A stretch of DNA of 63,984 nt, counting the filler, from Asterionella formosa (taxonomy: Eukaryota), in assembly GCA_002256025.1 (NCBI GenBank). It is 5 parts of 5 records of this genome, joined end to end, with 100 filler letters (N's around TTAATTAATTAA, not from the genome) between each part and the next. Parts side by side here need not be neighbours in the genome. Positions count along the whole stretch, not along the records: positions 54,081 to 63,984 come from NKIB01006994.1; 4 more parts are not named here. One strand, 5' to 3'. The notes under the pieces were generated by a model. That model searched no databases. It was not told the DNA's origin and was given only the letters and a program-made list of their open reading frames with translations. This document shows positions 54,081 to 63,984 of this stretch, piece by piece. Position numbers and translations under genes: made by a program. Positions within the stretch are counted from its first letter, which is position 1, and each line of letters begins with the position of its first letter.

Positions 54081-55120
54081 AAAAAAAACCCCCCCCCAAG
54101 CCCCCCCCCCCCCCCCCCCCCCTCCCATTATTCAGTTATGCTACTATTTGAAGGTTACTTACTAGATAAACTCATTTGAACTTCCTGTCAATTAACACCA
54201 TTTACCAAATTGTTAATTATCAATTTGGTCGACCTAAATTAATTGTTTCCTTCACATGCATTGTTTGCTTCTCGCAAGACATGAGCCATTCTAAGAGTCT
54301 CGTAGAATTTACACTTAATAAACTGGAATTTGATCCCTATAGAAATCATCAATCTTAAATCTCCTAAGCCAGTTGATTGGTGTTTCAATATATGATTCAA
54401 CTTGTCGGAGTATTATTGAGTTCAAGGTGCTTGTGACTCAAGCTAATATTCTTGACAAATATGTAGGGTCACAAGCTCCTTGGTTCACCAAAATTTCCAT
54501 TTTGTGGAGGGCAACATAACATATTTCTCCGCAACCTAGAGCTTGGCTGCTGTTAAAAATGGGTTACTGACACTGCTAGCTGAGGCATTTTTCTAGAATG
54601 ATAACTGATTATCATTAACTGAACAAATTGACAAAAAAGCATTTTCATTTTTGAAAATTGCCGTTCTAAATTGGAACAATGGACTCAGAGATTGCCAAGC
54701 CTTCCAGTTCATGTTCCTTTTTTCTTCAGTTCAAAGATTTTTGGTACCTGTATTGATGAAAGTGAAGAACAAATGGTTCTTTTGGTGATCAATCCCTCAA
54801 AATATCATACAATCTAAGTCAACAATGCTGCAAACTTCTGCATTCCTACAATCCTGATTGGATATACTGTATTTGCAGCATAATGAAAAATGATTCTTGA
54901 AGTCGAAGCATGCCCACAATAGAAAATCTGCAAAGTTAACCTTTCCCTGTAGACACCATGGTCAATAATGGCTAGAGTAAAGTAACACTGGGGAACACAT
55001 GAAAATTGCGCCTGCTTGGTTTCGCACTGTCGTGACAGAGTAAGGCTCTGAAATTTGGTTGATCATGTATTCAAAATTGAACTTTCTTGATCGTTTCACA
55101 CGTTCACATATACCAAGCCC

Positions 55121-55678
55121 TCACTCATCCTCCGAATCGCTCTCACTATCTTGACCGTTCATTCTAGCCACTGATCGATTTGTGTTGATGAACAAGTCAC
55201 AGTCATCTTCCACAAAATCATAGGAAATCCCATCACAAGCAATCGCCTCTTCATGGAAATGACCTTCTTCCAAGTTCTTATTAAATGTTTCTAAGAATTG
55301 TTCGTCAGCGTTGTCCTCAGAAAATTCAACAGGCCACAATCCATTACCCCGTAAGTGCTTGATCTGCTCTTTATATAAAATGTGAGCAATCATGAATCGG
55401 ATGCCTCTTGCATTTTCTACTCCTTCCAGTTCACTCGAAGGCTCGTCCCCCTTCTCCACAATCACATAATCTCCCCGCTTGACCCAAACAAGTTTGTGAA
55501 ACTTTGCGGGGAGGAGCGCCAGATGTTCCTGGCCTTCGACTTGGATTTCGAACTGATTGCCTCCTCTGGTTGCTTGTACTTGGGCAATTCGTTGACTTTT
55601 AGTTGGAATGGGAAGGTCGTTCAAGACATGGTCCGTGAGGTGCTTACGATAATTGGAACGGCGGCCTGCTCCTGCCAT
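55121..55678 (-). CDS. EIF1AD: eIF1A-domain RNA-binding protein (EIF1AD-like)
   Basis: OB-fold motifs RIAQVQATRGGNQFEI, LALLPAKFHKLVWVKRGDYVIV, ILYKEQIKHL...LWP.EF, DLFINTNR and an acidic tail; ATG at 55678. Confidence 0.9.
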   Translation of the reverse strand: MAGAGRRSNYRKHLTDHVLNDLPIPTKSQRIAQVQATRGGNQFEIQVEGQEHLALLPAKFHKLVWVKRGDYVIVEKGDEPSSELEGVENARGIRFMIAHILYKEQIKHLRGNGLWPVEFSEDNADEQFLETFNKNLEEGHFHEEAIACDGISYDFVEDDCDLFINTNRSVARMNGQDSESDSEDE

Positions 55679-57231
55679 GGTGAAAGCTTTTTTAGTGGCT
55701 GTGATCACCAACAGGTCAGTTCTACCGGATAAAGTACCCGTACCACGATTCTATGTAGCTCCACCGCGGACAATCGACCGGTGGGGAATATTTGAGAAAA
55801 TGCTCCCGGACGAGCGATTGTCCGGTGGATATCGTAAATGCCTGGGACTAGTATAGTTAGTAACATTCTACTAAAGGCTAAATAAATTTATGGAATCCTT
55901 TGTTGTGTACACGGATAAATTTTCGTGAGTTTCAAGTGTGTAAAAGAATTTTGAAACATGCATCACGATCAACACACTTACGCATCATGGTGTCATGTTC
56001 CATCATTTCATTGCTGCACGACTTGATGGCTGCTCACATATATCATCCTCTTGGCGAATGCTTGATGCGCTTGGTAGGTAGGTCTTACATAAAGGCATAT
56101 AGTAGTTGATGTAGGTCCAAATGCATAATTTAAACAAGTTATATAGAACAGCAAGTTTTCAAAGATTTGCTATTCATGTATCATTTCCTGGTTTCACAAA
56201 TATTTACCTCCATCATGCCAACATAACTTGGCTATACTCAACAGAACCTCTTTTAATGATTGACGGCAAATTATTTCAATCTTCTGTTCTGCGAGCAAAA
56301 CTCGTCAAACTCAACTCGATTTGAATTTGAATTTTAATAATCTGTAGTACTAGTAGCTCAGCAAACCCAAGTATAATTTTCGCTTTCCATTGAGTTACTT
56401 TTCTTTGTTATGATTGTTATGATTACAGATTCATTCAAACAATCAATGATATGTTAGTCTTCGTTTTAACAAGTTGATGCAAATCAAATCATGTTCCATT
56501 TTTCGAGTTGAACTGGCTGTCAGTGGACCCCAACCGAATTTCTTATTCAATGAATTAATAGCCTTCGTCGTGAAAGTTGATACACAGAAGAATTCTTGAT
56601 TCCTGATTCCCAGTTAGGTCTCCACTTTTGTGTGAAGAAAAAATTTCCCTTCTTGTCGTTGTGTTTAATACAACAATGCACAATTAGGTACCACCAAGGT
56701 TGATAACCTTCAGACATTTGATAAAGAACAATGTTGAAGGGCAAATTCTATCAAGTTTCCCCTACTATGTTTATCAAACAAGCTTGGTAAACCCTAAACT
56801 ACGAATGATTGGAGATACAAATCATTTCTGTCCAAATGACTGAAGAACAATCGAATCATCCTATTAAAGGATTGAGGAAGAATCCAATCATCATAGCGGA
56901 GATACCTGAAAGAAGTATCTCAGTAAAGGAACATCTATATCCTAGAATCTATCTAGGCTAGATAAATTTATATGTTACAAGGAATAGGATGTAATGTACT
57001 TCACAACAGCTGAAGGAACTATGAAGAATCTCGCCTCCAAGAAACAAAGAACAATTCATTTCAGAAACATGTAGGAGTTGCCATGTTTTAATCGAAACTT
57101 CATTTCAAAATTACATTTAGTTTAAGCTCACTCTTTCAGAAAACACACAAGTGGAACTACCGGTACTACGATTGTTGACAGAATTTTATATCGTAAATTG
57201 TACTCCGTACTCATACTACTCACCGAATGCT

Positions 57232-59164
57232 AACTGCCCACAAATAAAGCATAAATATCAATTTTAGCTTACATTGCCCATCATATAAAATATATTTCGA
57301 ATATTTCCTATCTTCACCTCGAAAATTGCCAAAGGTCCGATATTGCCCATCATTAAAATATTTTTTGTATATTTCATATGTTCGCATTTTGGCAAGACAA
57401 CAGACGCCAATTGCCCCTCGGTTTTCCAGCCCTGGGATTGCCGAAATCGGCAAGGGGTCTACTTAAGGAAACCATTTTATATACTCTACAGATGTTAATA
57501 ATTTATATCTAGAATTCACCTCGTTTTTGTTCGTCTCCGCCTGAGAAGTGGACTCCGGCAATTCACCTTTCACCATGCCAATCGTCGTCCATCATGACCG
57601 GTTTGAAGCGAAATCAGTTCCGTGATGACACCAGTGGCGATTCGTTGTCTAACGGATGCGGTTGGTTGTTGGGTAGCTTGTCTTTTCGAGGGATTCATGT
57701 AGTTGCATCGTCCATAATTTTGTCGGACGAACGATCATATCGATACATCTGATGTTGGTGGCAAGCTTTTGCTCCGGTCATGCATGTAATGATGCTTAAC
57801 GGATATTCTACCGGTAATGGCAGCAGTCATCTAGTCTACATACGTACGTGGTACTAAAAACAACCCCATGCATGGTTTAAGCTATACTTTAATGCTTACT
57901 TTGAACACGTTATAATATTATCTCTGTAGACTCGGTATTATGTAGACTTGGTATTATTTTTACGAGACCTGAATGTTAAATTATATCGTTCACATACTCA
58001 TTGATTTTATGTACCGTATGCCTGATTTCGTCCTTTCAATTTTAGTTCTCACTCTATCTTGCTTGCCTGCCTTTGCTCTATTCGGGCTTGCAATAGGCAA
58101 CATTCGTCTTTCTTTGATCCCGTCGTCTGCTGCTTGTTATGATATTTGAAGCGGATCGGTGAGTACAACAGTGTGTGAAACACTGAATGTGGATTGTAGA
58201 TTTTATTTATCGACTTTTCGATTTGATTGCTTCCGTGGTTTGTTTTGATCGCTTCCATTGTTGTTTGTCGTTCTGCACTGTCGTTTTGTTTCGACTGTAT
58301 ATATCTATATAAGAACCGATGCATTTTATCAATGACTACTCATTTAAGATTTGGTATTGTGCCATTGTTGATCGTATTTGTTGATTTGTATAGTCGTTGA
58401 CAATGATGTCAATATTGCTGCCAAGCAATGCTTTTCTTCTACTAACGCGCTTTGCTATATTTCTACTACGAGTTGTTTATATCAGAAGCTACATGAATAC
58501 TCAGCTAGAGAGAGTCAATAGTGCTGGAGCAGCGTGGCGATCACGCTTGCTCAGAATGGAATGATCAGGGTTGCTTGTTTGGTGGGCGGAGAGGAAGAAT
58601 GACTGTGGTGGAAATACTGCTACTGGTGTCAGGCTACTACAGCGATGCGCATGGTTGCAGCAACCAGACCATTTACGCTACATAACGATGCAGGTCTAGA
58701 TTGGGTTCAGCTTTTTTGCTTCTTCTTTTGGTCTGCGATTGTGTGGAGATGGAAAGTCAATGTTGCCTGTGTAAGTACTACTACAATGATTCACAATGCA
58801 TACGTCTCCATTGAAACTCTTTTTATTATTCACTTCATTTCTAACCCAAAACAATCTTTTCTATTTCTCATTTGATGCTACTTATTACATCGCATTTCAT
58901 ACTTTGGTTGCTCCAAACATCTTGTTCAATTTTCATTGATGTTGCATGTTACAGTCATTCTTGTGTGTTTTACGTTTGTTGTACCATCTCCATGCATATT
59001 ACCGTTATTTTGGTTGTCATGCTAAAATTGGCAATGTTATTGCCGAAAAATTCGATGTGCCCCATATTGCCCTTAAATAAAAATTACTTAAGAAATTACT
59101 TAGAGCCTAAAAATTACTTAGAACTACCTGAATGGCAAGATGATAGCTGAAGCGGTAATTGCTG
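57232..59164 (+). mobile_element. Non-coding unit 1 (A1...B1) sharing both ends with the adjacent recombinase-bearing unit
   Basis: A1 (~57232-57760) is similar to A2 (~59209-59780), e.g. CAATTGCCCCTCGGTTTTCCAGCCCTGGGATTGCCGAAAT. B1 (~58890-59164) is similar to B2 (~62750-63056). Confidence 0.75.
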
Positions 59165-62100
59165 AGGCAATTCACAAACTAGCTATCGTTGCGCCATTCG
59201 CTTACCTACTGCACACTCATTCAGTGTAAATGTCAATTTTAGCTCGCTATAGCCCATCATTTCGTATATTTCTTATCTTCACATCGAAATTTGCAATGGG
59301 TCCGATATTGCTCATCATTAATATATATTTTGTATATTTCCCATGTTCGCATATCGGCATTACAATTTGTATCAATTGCCCCTCGGTTTTCCAGCCCTGG
59401 GATTGCCGAAATTGGCAAGGGGTCTACTTAAGGAAACCTTTTCATATAATCTACAGGTTTCAGTAATTTATATCTAGAATTCACGAATCTGTTGTAATAT
59501 CCATCGATTCTGTTTGTTTCTTAAAATGTGAGGGCGGAAATACAGCTTTGACACAGTCAATCATCAACCATCATGCCCAATCTGAAGCAAAATGTGTTCA
59601 TTGATGACGAAAGTAGCGACTCGACGTCAAACGGATTGGTTGGTTGTTGGATTTCTCGTCTTCACGTGGGATTCATGTCGTGTCATCATACCTACTTCAT
59701 CGTGGTGGCGCCAAAATTGTAATTCCTATTTCAATCGAACTCCAAAAGTCTCATCATTCATCATCCGATCTGTTGGAAACTGATGATTCGCATGATTGCT
59801 CATCGATACCATCGTTGATTGGACTTTTGGGGACCAAGATTCATGGGTTGCGCCGGTAAGGAGGAGTCCATTTCGCGCCATCGTTGTCAGATTTTTGGTG
59901 CTATTTCCAGACGTCATGTTCAGTTACAATTCAAAAATGATTGTTTTAGTATGTATTCTACGTGAAGATCAGATATGATGGCTCGGAAGCAAGTTTGATA
60001 GTGCTTTTTGGGCGGCTCTAAAATATAGATTTGTTCTGTTTTCATTCAATGTTATTATAACTATAACATACTGATTATTCTACAATGATAACGGGAACTA
60101 GAAGCCGTCGTTTTTCTCAAAGAGCAGTGACAAAGACTGCTAAGCGCAAAGAGCAAGATGGTAACCGGCGTGCTGCATTGTCATTGTGTGCACTGGCAAG
60201 GAAAAAGAAGCTTGGGTATGTTGTTGATTGTTGTGTGCTTCCATGCTGCCCTTTTGGTCGATTTCATCCTAGCTAACATATTCAATCAGTTTATTGGAAC
60301 AGAATGAGGTTGCTGCAAATGCTGCAAGTATTCCCGATATAGCCATTGAAGAAAGCGACAAAGAAGTAGAATATAGGTGTGTTTGTTGTTGATTGTTGCA
60401 TCATTGGCTGTGCTTCCGTTCCTTGGTTTTGCAATCACTCACAGTTGCATTGTTTTTTCTTGTCATTGTCAGCTTTGTTAAGGAAACTTGTAAAAGCAAT
60501 GTATCCACTACAGCTGTAAAAGATTCCGATTTAGCAAAACACCATTCTGATTTTGAAAGCTCCAGCTCTGTTGATTGCAGCAACAGTAGCGCATGTGATT
60601 CTGACACGAAGTACTACCAAAGAACTTTTACTGTTGTTGATCCTACTAACGCTGGAGCTCATGATCGCCACCATGATTCCTGGAATCCAAAGTCGGTTGC
60701 AACTGCTGAAGACTATGCAAATGCCATTAGATCCAGCAACTGACGCACAACACGCCGAGCAGGTATACCAAGGCACTTACCATCATTGAAAGCAGATTCT
60801 TTGAAACTCTTGTCGGAAATCCAACCTTTGCCTCGCTTGCTTGTACGGATCAGGATCCCGACAACGGAAACCAGCCAATCCATCGATTCTATCTACTTTG
60901 TTGTGGCTTACAATGTAACGCTACCAAGGACATCATCAACACTGCTGTGCTTTGGTTCGCAACCAAAAATCACCCGTCATCCTTGAAAGTGCACCTGACA
61001 AACAAGCCATCGCATCAGCAATGTACCAACCGAACACTGCCCAAACCAAGCTGAAAGATCTCTTCCGATGCTTCTCCCGTCAAGGCATCCCGTACTCCGT
61101 GTCGAAGGATTTCAATGGCGAGGGTGAGATTCAAGCATTTAAAAAAATATATGGCAATTGCTGCCAAGCACTGTCCATTGGAATACGGTCACAAGCCTAT
61201 GGCGTCACAGTTCGTATGATGATTGCCTGAAGTCCATGGTAGCTATGGAAAATGGGCAAAGCGTTCGGTGTTAGAGGTTCAATTGAAATGTGCGATTTGA
61301 CTTTCAACAAGGTGACAGTCGGTTTCTTGGACGGACTACAAACTGTCATGCTACATCCAAGTGAAGTCGAAAAAAATAATGCCCTGACGTTGCAACATCC
61401 TGAGCGGAAGTACCTGGTACCAAAGTCTACAGGAACGTACCATGATCAAGGATGCATACTGGCAACCCTACATGCATAGTGAAGCTCATACATCAATACC
61501 GGGATAACCTCTGTTCGCCCAAGATGGTAACTAGCAACCAACCGTTCTTTCAGCGACGTGCTCCTGAGAAGGAGCTCAAGGTATGTATTTCTACAATACA
61601 TTTGTTCTGCTGATTCCAGGTACTGGTGATTTTTTATGCATACCGGTACATATATGCACATTATGCATACCTTCTATGTTCTAACTAAAGTGCGTCTTTG
61701 TCTACATTGCTTCTTGTATACTTGGAACTAAGAACCGACGCAAGCTAGGGCTAACATACAAGGCAGGACGCAAGAAGGAATACTACTTTGGTAAAGGCTA
61801 TGCTACTAGGCTTTGTGTTGACTTAGCTACAGCTTCAGGCATGGATAATGCTGCTCATTGCACTGCCCATGGTAGGAGGATTTCTTCACTTGTCAATTCT
61901 AGTGTTGCATTACTACCTATGAAGATTATTCTTGATAATCCAGGCATGGATCAGCGGAAATAAATGCCAGGTACCAGCTCCCATCTAAGGAAATGCAGCA
62001 TCAAGAAATGATTGCAGTTTTTGAGAAGTTTGAAGATGCCAAGAAGGACCAGCTTGAAACTCCAGAAATATATACTTCTGGCTTTGCATTTGTTCCTCCT

Positions 62101-63056
62101 GATGTGAACAAATCAGTTGAAATTTCAACTCCAATTGACAATCATCCTACTGTTGATTGTAAAGTTGTTTTGATGTCTGTTACTGTGGCACCTCCTGCTG
62201 TGGCTGCTCCAGCTCCAGTTCACTACTACTCCCATCTGCCTCAAACACCTCAACACATATACACCATTTCTGGTCCGCCCGCCGCCTCCACAGCAAGCAA
62301 TCTACCATTCCGGTCCCCCTCCCCCTCCCAAAAACATTGCATATTCCTATCAGCAGCCATATTTTCATTCAATGCCGGGGCCACCACAACAAATGTACTA
62401 CTCCTCCCATGCTCCTCCTCCTCAAGCATACTATCATCTGCCACCTCCGGCCAGCAGCAGGCAACCTCCACCACCAGCTGGCTTCAACTCCAGCACACAC
62501 CCATCCACCTCAACCTCACCAACATCAATATACTATTACCCCAGCTCCTCCTCCATTTTGAAAAATTCATTTCTGTGATGACGTGAACGAAAAACAGAAT
62601 TTAAGTTTTTTGTGACGTTGAAGTTGAAAATATTTTGTGTTGAGAGTTTTCTCACCCAATCTATATTCCTTTCCTTTTCTCTTCTTTTGCTCTCTCTCTA
62701 CTTGAATCATTTTCTTGTTGCTTACCTTTGTTGTTTATGATTCAATCATGAAATCATACTTTGATTTCAAAAAACATGATGATCAATTTTTTGACATCTA
62801 TATGTTACAATCATTTTTGTGTGAATTTTTCCATGGTCAAAAATTTTCTCTTCTCCATGGTGTTCTTTGACCAATTGAAAAAGCCAACATTTACCATTAT
62901 TCTGGCTGTCATGCTAAAATCGGCAATTTTAATGCCGAAAAATTCGATGTGCCCTATGATGCCCCTAAATGAAAATTACTTATGAAATTACTTAAAGCCT
63001 AAAAATTACTTAGAAGTGCCCGAATGGCAAGACAGTAGCTGGAGTGGGAATTGCTG
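59165..63056 (+). mobile_element. Unit 2 (A2...YR...B2): Crypton-like element with decayed tyrosine recombinase
   Basis: Ends shared with unit 1; internal recombinase remnants. Confidence 0.72.
60760..62586 (+). pseudogene. Tyrosine recombinase pseudogene (DUF3504/Crypton-like) with Pro-rich tail; probable intron ~61581-61731
   Basis: YQPNTAQTKLKDLF, AFGVRGSIEM (catalytic R), FFQRRAP, HCTAHGRR (HxxR), RHGSAEINARYQ (His...Tyr) across frameshifts. Confidence 0.7.
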
Positions 63057-63569
63057 CTTTAATCACCCTTGATCATGGTGCTTTCCACCCAAGCCACTCC
63101 TCCCATGCCCACTCCTCCTAATATTCCTGTGGCTGACACTATCTCCTTCACTTCTGATCATCCCCCATGTAGGGGGCAGGTAAATACCGGTAAATCCTCT
63201 CTCTAATCCTCCATGTCTACATTTGAAACTTCAGTCAAAACTGGAAAGCCTCACTTGGTATATTTATCTGTACCTTACAACATGGTGCACACGTGCACGC
63301 ACAGTAGGGCAATTGAAGCGGAGAAGGTCGTAGCTTTATGGCTGGGTGCATGATTGAAGAACATATAGTAGCTCTAGTAGGCCTGGTACAAACCATTATT
63401 TCTAAAAATATAGCTAAATATTTTGTGCGATGAATCTCTTGTTGTTACAACCATCATTATGTTGATTGCGCTCGGTTGGTTCCCTTTGCTTCCCTTCAGT
63501 GCCTTGTGTTTTGCGATATAGTATTAGAACCGTGATCATAGCGCTGATCGGAAACCAAACCGCAAAACA

Positions 63570-63969
63570 GATGACATCAAACTTTCAGTTGTTTGGACGA
63601 TATTTTTCTTTGGTGATGGCGGAGTCATCACTACGTGGGCGCTGGATTCCGGCCGACCTCCTCATTCACTACATGAACCAAAAATTCAACATTGGAAGCG
63701 ACATGCTTTTGACTACGCGAACATTGATGACATACATGAACAAGTGCTACCCTTCAATGTCCTATGATCCCAATAGAATCACCATTCCAAGTGGCACAGT
63801 GGTGGACTTCTATAGAGCCAATTGTCAAGTCAAGAGCGTCCGCTACAACCTATTCTTCTTTTCTGACCATGGTTCTCCTGCTCCTTTGTTTCCGAAGAAC
63901 AGTAATGTCGCTTCTTTTCTTAATAATAGCGTCACAAAGCGACTATTAGGGGGTTCAAGGCAAATTTGA
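63570..63969 (+). CDS. Uncharacterised ORF, possibly the first exon of another mobile-element gene
   Basis: Open frame of about 130 codons from an ATG, with protein-like composition; no recognisable motif. Confidence 0.3.
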
Positions 63970-63984
63970 ACTGCAGAGGTGATG

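Noticed and set aside
54081..54125. Poly-A/poly-C run as a G-quadruplex or PPT
   Set aside because: Directly abuts a gap; likely low-quality contig end
57232..63056. DIRS/Ngaro retrotransposon with split direct repeats
   Set aside because: No RT or RNase H motifs recognised; the repeat order fits two tandem units better

Overview
Eukaryotic nuclear DNA, most likely a diatom (stramenopile). The call rests on short GT-AG introns, CoDi-type Copia integrase/RT, stramenopile-type Crypton recombinases, an NTT transporter and a secreted protein with LRG/RXL motifs. The window is a scaffold with four artificial 100-nt gap pads. Seven host genes are readable: a partial secreted protein, a membrane-anchored cyclophilin, WS/DGAT, a stefin-type cystatin, a TLC/NTT nucleotide transporter, UPF2 and EIF1AD. 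Most of the rest is decayed mobile DNA: a two-gene PIF/Harbinger, two Copia elements (one with a nested TA-flanked MITE), a GCR1_C-bearing Crypton, and two related multi-gene Plavaka/CMC-like cassettes. At the right end is a head-to-tail pair of related units, one carrying a DUF3504-like tyrosine recombinase, whose junction is an exactly centred imperfect palindrome resembling a recombinase site. The palindrome TACCGGTA is also strongly over-represented in non-coding DNA. Family assignments are from motif recognition by eye; no database searches were run.
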